DNA from: Anaeramoeba ignava BMAN
Taxonomy: Eukaryota; Protista; Anaeramoebae
Assembly: GCA_028826165.1 (NCBI GenBank)
Contig: JAPDFW010000140.1
Coordinates: 57,138 to 121,137 of the forward strand
DNA: 64,000 nucleotides
Reading direction: 5' to 3'
Below the pieces are notes generated by a model. It did no database searches and was not told where the DNA came from. It worked only from the letters and a program-made list of their open reading frames with translations. The first letter of the stretch is position 1. The number at the start of each line of letters is the position of its first letter. The translations under genes were made by a program, and so were the position numbers. Positions 14,382 through 25,935 of this stretch are shown here, piece after piece.

Positions 14382-14481
14382 TTAAATTTAAATTATATAA
14401 TTATAATAAGAATAATAATTAGAAAAATGAAAAATGAAAAATGAAAAAAATATTTTTTCCGATTTGTTTTTTATCTTTTTT

Positions 14482-14943
14482 TTATTTTGAAATTCTTGCT
14501 ATTTTTTTATATGATTCATTTTCTTTTTTTAGTTTTTGATTCTTCTTTTCTAATTCTTTAATAATAAATTCATTTTTTGAACATTTTTCTTTAAAATTAA
14601 ATTTAATTGAAATTTTTTCAAAATTCGGTTTAAAAAGATCATAAAATTGATTATTTGGAATTTTTGAATTAAATGATTGGATTTTGTTTTTAAATTCTTC
14701 AATAAGATCAGAATAAATAGAAGAATTAGAAATAAATTCAATTTTTGAAGAGTTTCTTATTATCATTTGCATTTTTTTAAGAAAACAATTTAAAAAATGT
14801 TGATAAATTTTAATTTTGTTTTTTTCTTCTTCTATTTTTGATAAATTTTTTTTATATTCTTGATTAATATCTTCAAAAATTATATCAAAAGCTTGAGAAA
14901 TTTGTAAAGAAATAATTTTTGAATTGAGATCCTTTTTTTCCAT
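14482..14943 (-). CDS. Hypothetical protein, 153 aa, coiled-coil C-terminus
   Basis: ATG-initiated ORF with protein-like composition and a TCATTTT motif just upstream on the sense strand; no family recognised. Confidence 0.5.
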   Translation of the reverse strand: MEKKDLNSKIISLQISQAFDIIFEDINQEYKKNLSKIEEEKNKIKIYQHFLNCFLKKMQMIIRNSSKIEFISNSSIYSDLIEEFKNKIQSFNSKIPNNQFYDLFKPNFEKISIKFNFKEKCSKNEFIIKELEKKNQKLKKENESYKKIARISK

Positions 14944-14988
14944 TTTTTTATTTGATTGAAAAATGAAAATGAATTTTGGAATAATTTT

Positions 14989-15635
14989 ATAAAAATGGAA
15001 TTGATTAAAATTGACATTAACAATTAAATAATTTTGGAATAAATCTAATTAAATAATTTTATAAAAATGGAATTGATTAAAATTGACATTAACAATTAAA
15101 TAATTTTAAATTAAATCTAATTAAATAAATTTTATAAAAAGGGAATTGATTAAAATTGACATTAACAATTAAATAAATCTAAAATAAATCTAATTAAATT
15201 ATTTTATAAAAATGGAATTGATTAAAATTGACATTAACAATTAAATAAATCTAAATTAAATCTAATTAAATAAATTTATAAAAATGGAATTGATTAAAAT
15301 TGACATTAACAATTAAATAAATCTAAAATAAATCTAATTAAATTATTTTATAAAAATGGAATTGATTAAAATTGACATTAACAATTAAATAAATCTAATT
15401 AAATAATTTTATAAAATGGGAATTGATTAAAATTGACATTAACAATTAAATAAATCTAAATTAAATCTTATTAAATAAATTTTATAAAAATGGAATTGAT
15501 TAAAATTGACATTAACAATTAAATAAATCTAATTAAATAATTTTATAAAATGGGAATTGATTAAAATTGACATTAATAATTAAATAAATCTAATTAAATC
15601 TTATTAAATAAATTTTATAAAAAGGGAATTGATTT
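14989..15635. repeat. Minisatellite, 61-73 bp unit, 9 full copies plus a partial copy
   Basis: Core ATAAAAATGGAATTGATTAAAATTGACATTAACAATTAAATA starts at 14989, 15061, 15134, 15206, 15278, 15350, 15411, 15484, 15545 and 15617 (partial). Confidence 0.92.
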
Positions 15636-15880
15636 GTAAAGGGAATTGTTGTTTAAAAAAAATAATCAAGAAAAATTAACAAAATTCTCCTTTTCATTTT
15701 TTCATTTTTTCATTTTTTCATTTTTTCATTTTTTCATTTTTCTTTTTAAACAAACAAACACAACAAAAAAATTTTTTTTCTTTTCTTTTCTTTTCCAAAT
15801 TAAATTAAAAAAAAAAAAAAGCAAATTAAAAGCAAATTAAAAAAAATTAAAAAAAACAAAAAAAAAAACAATTAAAATAA

Positions 15881-17501
15881 ATGGGAAACAAAGTAGCACA
15901 TTTAAAAAGAAAAACAAAACGGTCGGTAATTAAAAAAAGACTAAAATTAAGTGGAGAATTAAAAGATAGTGAAGTGAAGCCAAATTTAGAAGAAATATTG
16001 CAATTAGTATTTAAACAAAACCATTTAAAACAATTAAATTTATCAGATAATGAATTAACTTTTATACCAAGTGATATAATGAATCTAACAAATCTTGAAA
16101 CATTAATTTTGAATGGAAATCAGTTAAAAACACTTCCTCCTGAAATTCATAAGTTACAAAATCTCCAAAAACTCGATCTTTCAAATAATTCATTCCAAGA
16201 AATTCCTGATTCTATTTTTATTTTGAAATCTTTAAAAAATCTTGATTTATCTTCAAATCCTATTATTTCTTTATCTCATAGACTTGCTGAACTCCAAAAT
16301 TTGGTTGATTTGAAAATTTCAAATAAAGACTCTTTTGTTTATCCTCCTAAAGAAATTCTTGATAAAAAAACTTCGGAAATTTTAAGATATTTAAAAGAAA
16401 ATCCACGTCAAAATGAAAAACAAGAAAAAATTCAAAATCAAAATCAAAATGAAAAACAAGAAAAAATTCAAAATCAAAATCAAAATGAAAAACAAGAAAA
16501 AATTCAAAATCAAAATCAAAATGAAAAACAAGAAAAAATTCAAAATCCAAATCCAAATCCAAATCCAAATCCAAATCCAAATCAATATCAAAATCAATAT
16601 CAAAATCAAAATCAAAATCAATATCAATATCAAAATTCAAATCCAAAACAATATCAAAATCAATATCAATATGAAAATCAAAATCAAAATCAAAATCAAA
16701 ATCAAAATCAAAATCAATATCAAAATCAATATCAAAATCAATATCAAAAATCCAAATCCAAATCCAAATCCAAATCCAAATCCAAATCAATATCAAAATC
16801 AATATCAAAATCAAAATCAAATTCAAAATCAAAATCAAATTCAAAATCAAAATCAAAATCAAAATCAAAATCAAATCCAAAATCAAAATCAAAATCAAAA
16901 TCAAAACCAAAATCAAAATCAAAATCAACCAGTCAAAGAAATTGAATTAAAAATCGATCAAATTGAATCAGATTTTGGAAGACTTCAAACAAAACTAAGT
17001 CAACAACATCCACTTTCACTTACACAAACACAAGAAGATAAAAACGGGATTAAAGAAACGACAGAAAACAAAGAAGAAAAAGAAAAACAAAATGATTTTC
17101 AATTAACAGAAAGCGAACTTGCTTTTATCCAGATGGATGGAGAACAACCGAAATCAGAATTTTGGGATTCATTATTTGAACTAGCAAATAAAAAAGATGA
17201 AAAATCAGTCAAAGAATATCGTTTGAAACTCCAAAAAGTTTATGATGTTATTGGAGATGAAAATGTTCCTTCTGAATTGATTTGCCCAATTACTTTTGAA
17301 CTTTTTGTTGATCCAGTTACTGCTTCTGATGGTTTTAATTATGAAAGATCTGAGATTGAATCTTGGCTTATTAAAAATGATACTTCTCCTAAAACTACTC
17401 AACCTCTTCCTAATAAATCTATAAAACCAAACCCTGATTTGAAAATTCAAGTTATTCAATATTTGAAAATGATTAGGGAATGTGGTTTTGATATCAAGTG
17501 A
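15881..17501 (+). CDS. LRR / Q-N low-complexity linker / U-box E3 ubiquitin ligase (one apparent frameshift near 16750)
   Basis: N-terminal MG, LxxLxLxxNxL repeats, and C-terminal [34 protein letters not shown]...TSPKT U-box. The two ORFs overlap in the QN repeat and join if one A is removed from CAAAAATCC. Confidence 0.88.
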
Positions 17502-17932
17502 TAGTTTACTTTATTTCTCTTTTTTTTTTTCTTTTTTTTCTTTTTTTTCTTTTTTTTCTCAAGTCGAAAATTAATTCAAAAAATTCATTTAAAAAAATCA
17601 ATCAAAAAATATTTCCTTTTCTTAATCTAAATATAAATATAAATATAAATATAAATATAAATATAAATATAAATATAAATATAAATATAAATTTAAATAT
17701 AATTATAAATCTAAATATAAATTTTATTCTCTTTTATTAATAAATTTTATTTGTTTTTTAGTTTAGTCAATTTTTCTAATCTAAAAAACTATTTTTTTTC
17801 TAAAAGAAACAAAATTTAAAATTTAAAAGATTTTTTCTTTAAAAGAAAGAAAAACAACAAGTTTTTAAAAAGATCTCTTCTAAAAGAAATAATTCCACTT
17901 TTTTTTTGTGTTCTTAAAAAATTAAAAGGGAA

Positions 17933-19232
17933 TTAAATCTTTTCTAATTTGTTTTTGTTTTTGTTTTTGTTTTTGTTTTGTTTTTTTGTATTAATTTGTT
18001 TCTAAATAATAAAAACGGAAATTATTTAAATTAATATTAAATTAATTAGAAAGAAAAGTTGAATTAAATTTTTAAAAGAAAAAAAAAGTAAGATTTACTT
18101 TTAATTCTTGATTTTCTGTTTGAAGTTTTAACATTTCTGATTTCATTTTTCGAATTTTAGATTTTTTCAATTTTAATTTATTTTCCAATTCTTTAAACCT
18201 TTTTTTAGCTTTAATTCTACTTTTTTTAGCAGATTGACGATTTTTTAGAGCTCTTCTTAGTTTTTTTTGTTGAGGAGTTAAAGATTGTAATTGTTCTTTA
18301 GTTAACGGACCAGAAAGATCTAAAGTTTCTTGTTCTGAAATTATTTCTTTTGAGTTCTCTTTAATATTTTGGTTATTTGCTTTATTTTCAGTTTGAATTT
18401 TTTTTTGTTTATTGATTTGAACTGGCAAAATTTGTTTTTCTTTATTTAAAGAATTTTGAGTTAAATTTTCTAATTGTTTATTAATTTGAAATGCTTTATC
18501 TTCTTTATTAATTTGAAATATTTTATCTTCTTTATTAATTTGAAATATTTTATCTTCTTTATTAATGTCAAATATTTTATCTTCTTTATTAATGCCGAAT
18601 ATTTTATCTTCTTTATTAATTTGAAATATTTTATCTAATTCTTTATTAATTTGAAATATTTTATCTGTTTCTTTATTAATGTCAAATGTTGTTCCTGTTT
18701 CTTTATTGATTTGAAATATTTTATCTTCTTTATTAATTTGAAATATTTTATCTTCTTTATTTAAAGAATTTTGAGTTAAATTTTCTAATTGTTTATTAAT
18801 TTGAAATATTTTATCTTCTTTATTAATGTCAAATATTTTATCTTCTTTATTAATGCCAAATATTTTATCTTCTTTATTAATGCCAAATGTTGTTCCTGTT
18901 TCTTTATTAATGTCAAATATTTTATCTGTTTCTTTATTAATGTCAAATGTTTTTCCGTTGAGAAATTTTGATTCATTTATTCTTTTTTCTTCTTTATTAA
19001 CATTGGGGATCTTTTTGTTTAAATCAATTTTTTGGGGGTTTTGTGAATAACTTTTCAACCAAGAATAAAATGAAGAAATATTTACTTTTTGTTCTTGAAA
19101 TTGTTGTTGAATTTCTTCTTGATCTTTTTTTTGTAGATTTTGTTTTATTGGTTCAATTCTATTTGTTTGTTTAAATATTTCATTTAGATCTGTATCTTGC
19201 ATAAAATCATCTAAACTTGAAGAAAGAATCAT
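17933..19232 (-). CDS. bZIP transcription factor with internal 9-aa repeats; probable intron 18098-18002 and short last exon 18001-17933
   Basis: Basic region RRALKNRQSAKKSR followed by leucine heptads. The ORF tail VNLTFFFF reads GTAAAT plus a T-rich tract, i.e. an intron; splicing continues as ELK|KQINTKK...LEKI*. Confidence 0.85.
18470..18950 (-). repeat. 27/30-bp coding repeats (INKEDKIFQ / INKETDKIFD / INKETGTTFG), about 17 units
   Basis: Visible in the DNA (TTTATTAATTTGAAATATTTTATCTTC) and in the translation. Confidence 0.9.
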
Positions 19233-19379
19233 TTTTTTCTTTGTTTTATTATTCCAATTAAAATTTAAAAATAAAAAAAAATAAATTTTAAGAGAAAAAG
19301 TGAAAAAAAAAAATAAAAAAAAAGATCAAAAAAAAAAAAAAATTTTTTTAATTAAAAATAATAAAAAAAATTGATCGGT

Positions 19380-19386
19380 TGACTCA
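19380..19386. promoter_or_regulatory. Candidate AP-1/GCN4-type site TGACTCA upstream of the bZIP gene
   Basis: Exact TGACTCA about 150 nt upstream of the bZIP ATG in otherwise A/T sequence. Confidence 0.3.
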
Positions 19387-20126
19387 TTATTATTATTTAA
19401 AATAAATTAAAATTAAATTAAAAAAGGGTTTCAAAATAACTAAAATTAAAAATTGATCTCTTATTATTTTTTTAAAGCAAATTCAATTAAAAAATAAAAA
19501 ATTTATTTGTTATACCAAAAAAAAAAAAAAAAGAAGAAAATAAATTATTTAAAAAAAGGGGTCAAAATTTTTTTAGTTTATTTTAATTTATATTTTTAAT
19601 AAATATTTGTTTATTTTTTTGATTCTTGTCTTATTTCATTTTATTTTTATTTTTTTTGACTTTTTCCAAATAAATTAAATAAAAAAAAATTAAATAAAAA
19701 AAAATTAATTTTTCTTTTAAGATCATTTGATAATAAATTTTCATCAAATAAAACAAATAAAATAAAATAAAATAAAATAAAATAAAATAAAATAAATTAA
19801 AATAAAATAAATAAAATAAAATAAAACAAATAAAATAAAATAAAATAAATAAATAAAATAAATAAAATAAAATAAAATGATCAAAATAAGATTTCTTTTG
19901 AATTATTTTTTTTTTTTTAATTTTTAATTTCTTGTTAAATTTCTTTTACTTTTCTTTTGTTTTATAGCTAAAGATTTTAAAGAAAAAATAAAAATAAAAA
20001 ATGGGGAGTTTGTTTTAAAAAAAAAATTTATTCCCCCAAATTATAAAAATAACTGAATAAATCAAAAATAAAAAGATTGGAACAAAATTCTTTTTATTTC
20101 ATTCTTATTTTATTGTTTATTTAAAA

Positions 20127-22651
20127 TTATTTAAAATTATTTAAATCTTGATTTGAAATTGTATCAATAATTTCTTCAACAATTTTATCTTCAGAAATAT
20201 CAATCCTTGATTCAATTATAAGATCCCAATACTAAAAGAAAATATGAAATAAATTAAATTGAATTAAATTGAATTGAATATTAAATTGAATATTAAAAAT
20301 TGAATTGAATTTTAAATATTGAATATTTAATTAAATTGAATTGAATTAAATTGAATTGAATTGAATTGAATTGAATATTGAATTGAATTGAATTGAATTG
20401 AATTGAATTGAATTGAATTGAATTGAATTGAATTAAATTAAATATTGAATTGAATATTGAATTAAATATTGAATTGAATTGAATTGAATTGAATTGGAAT
20501 TGAAATATTGGTGGAATTGAATTGAATTGAATTGGAATTGAATTGAATTGAATGAATTGGAATTAAATATGAATAAATATTAAAAATTGAATTGAATGGT
20601 GAAATTAATAAAAATTAAAATATGAAATAAATTGAATCGAATTAAATATTGAATTAAATTGAATTGAATTAAATTAAATATTGAATTGAAATTAAAAAAA
20701 ATTAAAATTGAAATAAAATGAAATTAATAAATTGAATTGAATATGAAATTGAATATTAAAATTAAATATTAAAAAATTGGTGGTGAAATTGAAAAATTGA
20801 AAATTAAATATTGAAATATTGAATGAAATTAAATATTGAATATTAAATATTGAATTGAATATTGAAAATAAAATTAAATATTAAATATTAAAATTGAATA
20901 TTAAATTGAATTGAATATTAAATTGAATGAATTGAAATTGAAATTGAAAATTGAATTGAATTGAATTGAATTGAATTGAATTGAATTGAATTGAATTGAA
21001 ATTGAATTGAATGGAAAAATTAGAATTGAATTGAATTGGAATTGAATGGAATTGAATTGGATTGAATTAAATTGAATTGAATTGAATTGAATAGTCGAAT
21101 TGAATTGGAATGAAATTGGAATTGAATTGAAATTGAAATGAATTGAAATGGAATTAAATATTAAAATTAAATATGGAATTGTTAAATTAAAATTGGAATT
21201 AAATATTGATCCAAAATTGAAATTGAATATTAAAATTGAATTGAATTGAATTAAATATTGAATTTGAAATTGAAATTGGAATTGAATGAATTGAATTGAA
21301 TTGAATCGAATTGTGAATGGCCAAAAATTGAATTGAATTGAATTGAATATTGAATAAATATTGTGAATATTAAATATTGAATAATTGAATATTAAATATT
21401 GAATATTGAATATTGAAATATGAATTCGAATTGAATTAAATATTGAATTGAATTGGAATGAATTGAATTGAATTGAATTAAAATTTGAATTGAATATTGA
21501 ATATTGAAATTGGAATTAAAATTGGAAATTGAAATTGAATTAAATTGAAATTGAATTGAATTGGGAATGAAAAATTGAAATTGAATTGAAATTGAATCGA
21601 ATTGAATATTGGAATGGAATTAAATTGAATTGGAATTAAATGAAAATTGAATTGAATATTGAATATTGAATCAAAATATTAAATGAATATTGAATTAGGT
21701 AAATGAATTGAATTGGAATTGAATATTAAAATGAATTGAATTGAATTGGGTGGAATTGAATTGAATATTGAATTGAATTGAATTGAATATTGGAATTGGA
21801 ATTGAATGAATATTAAATAACAAATTCGAATTGAATTGAAATTGAATTGAAATTGAATTGGAATTTAAATTGAATTGAATTGAATGAATATTAAATATTG
21901 AATGAATATAAAAACAATGAATTGCCGAATGATTAAATATTGAATTGGAATTGAAATTAAATATTAAAATTGAATGGAATTGGAATTGAAATTTAAATAT
22001 TGAATGGAATTGGTTGAATGGAATTAAATATTGAATTGAATATTGAATTGAATTGAATTGAATTGAATTAAATTAAATGGAAAATTGAATGAATTGAAAT
22101 TGAATGAATTAAATATTAAATTAAATAAAATTGAATATTAAATTAAATATTAAATTGAATATTGAATTAAATATTAAATTGAATATTAAATATTAAATTG
22201 AATTGAATTGAATTGAATTGAATTGAATTGAATTGAATTGAATTGAATTGAATTGAATTGAATTGAATTGAATTGAATATTAAATTGAATTGAATTGAAT
22301 ATTAAATTGAATATTAAATATTAAATTAAATATTGAATTGAATATTAAATATTAAATATTGAATTAAATTGAATATTAAATATTAAATTAAATATTGAAT
22401 TGAATTGAATTGAATTGAATTGAATTGAATTGAATTGAATTGAATTGAATTGAATATTAAAAATTGAATATTAAATTAATTATTACAGGATCATTTGTTC
22501 GAGTAAATTTGGAAAAATTTTGATTTTGAGTTTGAGTTGGAGTTTGAGTTTTGTTGTATCCAAAAACAGAAATATTATCATCATCAACAGTACTATCATT
22601 ACTATCAGTATCAATATCATTAATATTAATATTAATATTAATATTAATATT

Positions 22652-22684
<33 letters not shown>

Positions 22685-23344
22685 GTTATTGTTATTGTTA
22701 TTGTTATTGTTATTGTTATTGTTATTATTATTGATTTTTTTGTTAAAATAATCAGAAAAATTATCAATAGAATCTTGAGGTTTGAAACTTTTTCTTTCAA
22801 TTTGTTTTTCATTTTTATTTGAAATATTTTTTGGATTTTCAGATTTTTCCAAATTTTTTTGTTTTGTTTCAACAAGTTGTTCTGAAACATTTTTTGAATC
22901 ATAAGAAGGTATTTTAAACGTTGGAGCTCCAGTTTTTTGCTTCATCATAATTTTCAATTTCAGAGATGAATTAAACATTGAATTTTGAAGAAGAAACGTT
23001 TTATAAGTTTCTTTTGAACCAGCAAATTGAGCCAAATTAAGAATAACAACTCCAAGAAGTGAAGATTTGAACTGGCGAATATTTTCTTGATAAACAAAAA
23101 ATCGAACCATTTTTGATCCAAGAATATTTGTGTTTTCATTAAGTTTAAATTTGATAATATATTCAGGTGTTGTTTCATTCCATTCTATATCATAAGAATC
23201 TCCTACGCTTTTTGTAGTTGTCATTCCTTTTTTCCGTTGAATTTTCCATTTAACAAAAAATCGTGAATGTTTTAAAGGAATTCTTTCTAATTTTTGAATA
23301 AGAAATTGAACTACAAATTCAATTTTATTTTTTCTTGAAAACAT
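20127..23344 (-). CDS. NT-C2 (EEIG1/EHBP1-type N-terminal C2) domain protein, 2 exons (23344-22487, 20231-20127)
   Basis: N-terminal segments FFVKWK, IEWNE and LGVVILNLAQFAG...FLLQNSMFNSSLKLKI; poly-N linker; last exon YWDLIIESRIDISEDKIVEEII after a 2.25-kb GT-AG intron. Confidence 0.8.
20250..22460 (-). repeat. Intronic (TTCAA)n satellite (TTGAA on plus strand), noisy in the middle
   Basis: Direct inspection; fills the NT-C2 gene intron. Confidence 0.95.
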
Positions 23345-23576
23345 TAAAAAAAAAAATGAAAAAAATGAAAAAATGAAAAAATGAAAAAAAATTTAATTTG
23401 CAATTTTTCTTTCATTTGAATAATTTTTTATTTCCTTCATTTCTTAATTTCGAAAAAGAAAAAAAAGATGAATGAAATTGAATGAAAAATTTAATTGAAT
23501 TTTTTTTTTATAATTCAAATTGGTTTTGTTTTGTTTTGTTTTTTGGATCATTTGATGTAAAAAATTTTTTTTGGAA

Positions 23577-25708
23577 TTATTTCTTCATTTTGGTTAAGAT
23601 TTTAATTGATTCATTAAGATGTTTAATTGCAGTTGAAATATCAGTAAATTCAAGAGCACTTATTGCAAATCTTGCTTGTTTTTTTGCTTCATTAAGAGAT
23701 TTGAAATCAACAGCTTCTTCCATATCATAATCATCGTCATCATCATCATCATCTTCTTTTTTTTTAATTTGTTGTGGTTTTTTTGTTTCATTTTTTTTGG
23801 TTTCATGTTTGTTGGTTTTTTTGGGTTGTTTTTTTTTTTCATTCTTTTTTTCTTCATCTGAATTGGATTCATTAATTGACATATTCGGAAAATTTTGAGG
23901 ATATTGATTTGTCATGTTAGGGAAATTTTGGAATTGATTTGGAGGCATGTTTGGGAAATTTTGAGGATATTGATTTGTCATGTTTAGGGAAATTTTGGAA
24001 TTGATTTGGGGGTATGTTTGGGAAATTTTGAGGATATTGATTTGTCATGTTAGGAAAATTTTGTGGTTCGACATTCTTTTGATTTGTTTCATCATCATCA
24101 CTTTCTGTTTCTTTATCTTCATTTTTATCTTTATTTTTATCTTTATCTTTATTTTTATTTTTATCTTCATCTTCATCTTCATCTTCATCTTCATCTTCAT
24201 CTTCATCATCATCTTCATCAATATTTTCATCTGGTGTCTGAATTGGTGTACCGTCTTTAATACATTTATTAATATATGCTGCTTTCACTTTCGCATATTT
24301 TTGTTTTTCTTTGATCTTTAATTTGTAATTTTATTTTTTTTTTAAATTCAATCTATTTTTTTTTTCAAAACAAAAAATTTTAAAATACAAACATCTGGTT
24401 CAATTTCACCAAATTGCTCAAGTACTTGAAGAAATAAACTTGAAGAATAAAAAGCTTTTGCTGTAGTTCTATTAAAATTCATTTTGAATTTAAAATTAAA
24501 ATTAAAATTAAAAATTAAAATTAAAATCAAAAATTAAAATTAAAATTTAAAATTAAAATTAAAATTAAAATTAAAATTAAAATTAAAATTAAAATTAAAA
24601 TTAAAATTAAAATTTAAAATTAAAATTAAAATTAAAATTAAAATTAAAATTAAAATTAAAATTAAAATCAAAATTAAAATTAAAATTTAAATTAAAATTA
24701 AAATTAAAATTAAAATTAAAATTAAAATTAAAATTAAAATTAAAATTAAAATTAAAATTTAAAATTAAAATTAAAATTAAAATTAAAATTAAAATTAAAA
24801 AAATTAAAATTAAAATTAAAATTAAAATTAAAATTAAAATTTAAAATTAAAATTAAAATTAAATTTTAAAATTAAAATTAAAATTAAAATTAAAATTAAA
24901 ATTAAAATTAAATATAAAATTGAATTTAAAAATTAAATATAAAATTAAAATATAAAAATAAAAATTAAAATTAAAATTAAAATTAAAATAAAATTAAATA
25001 TAAAATTAAAATTAAAATTAAAATTAAATATAAAATTAAAATTAAAATTAAAATTCATTTTGAATTTAAAATTAAAATTAAAATTAAAATCAAAATTAAA
25101 ATAAAAATTAAAATTAAAATTAAAATTAAAATTAAAATTAAAATTAAAATTAAAATTAAAATTAAAATTAAAATTAAAATCAAAAATCAAAATTCATTTT
25201 GAATTAAAATTAAAATTAAAATTGAAATTAAAATTAAAATCAAAATTAAAATTAAAATTAAAATTAAAATTCAAAATTAATTACTGATTTGCTTTTCCAG
25301 CTCTATATTGAGTATCAGCATTTTTAAAAACCTTCAAACCAAATAACTTAACATAAGCAATAGCTTGTTCTTTAGTAAGTTCACGACCAAGTTTTGCTTT
25401 TTCTTTTTCAAGACCTTCAAGAGAATTTAAAATAAAGCTTTTTCCTTGATCATCAAGTTTTCCATCTTGTAATAATTTAACACCAAGTTCAACTGCATAA
25501 AATCGACCTTTTTAAATTGAATAAAAAATTATTTTATCAAAAAAAATTTTTTCTGTTTGAATTTATTTTTGATTTTTTTTTTCTTTTTTCTTTTTTCTTT
25601 TTTCTTTATTCTACAATAATATGACATCATTGGTGCTACTTTTTCAATTTCTTTTGCTCGTGCAAAATATGGTGCGATTGATTTTAATGAATTTGGTAAA
25701 CGGCTCAT
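23577..25708 (-). CDS. VTA1: Vta1/LIP5 (Vps4 cofactor); exons 25708-25615, 25507-25285, 24468-24393, 24315-23577; apparent frameshift near 23984
   Basis: MIT segments LKSIAPYFARAKEIE, YYCRFYAVE, VFKNAD, TAKAFYSSSLFLQVL, KQKYAKVKAAYI, and C-terminal VSL segment AKKQARFAISALEFTDISTAIKHL. Confidence 0.93.
24470..25280 (-). repeat. Intronic (TTTTAA)n microsatellite in Vta1 intron 2
   Basis: Direct inspection. Confidence 0.95.
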
Positions 25709-25935
25709 TTGAAAATGATAATAATTATAAAAAATAAAAAATAATAAAAAAACGGAAAAAAAAAAATGAAAAAAAAATATTTTTTTGTTTTTGAATTTTA
25801 TTTATTTTTTTTTAATTAAAACAAAAAAAAACACAAAAATTTTTTTTTCATTTTTCAGTTTTATTTTTTTATTTTTTTTATCCCTTTTTCTTTTTTTTTC
25901 TTTTTCTTTTTCTTTTCCAACGTTTTTTACTCTAA

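Noticed and set aside
14989-15635. Repeat-spacer appearance resembling a CRISPR array
   Set aside because: The 'spacers' are near-identical AT variants rather than unique sequences, there are no cas genes, and the context is eukaryotic.
16740-16760. Programmed frameshift between LRR and U-box
   Set aside because: A single extra A in a homopolymer inside a low-complexity repeat; similar 1-nt indels occur in Vta1 and the receptor genes, so consensus error is more likely.
20480-22080. Irregular G-containing variants within the TTGAA array as possible hidden coding or telomeric sequence
   Set aside because: No frame or consistent unit; the pattern fits noisy base-calling in a satellite inside an intron.
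23975-23990. Vta1 pseudogenisation by frameshift
   Set aside because: One extra T relative to the neighbouring repeat copy (CATGTTTAGGG vs CATGTTAGGG); both domains are intact.
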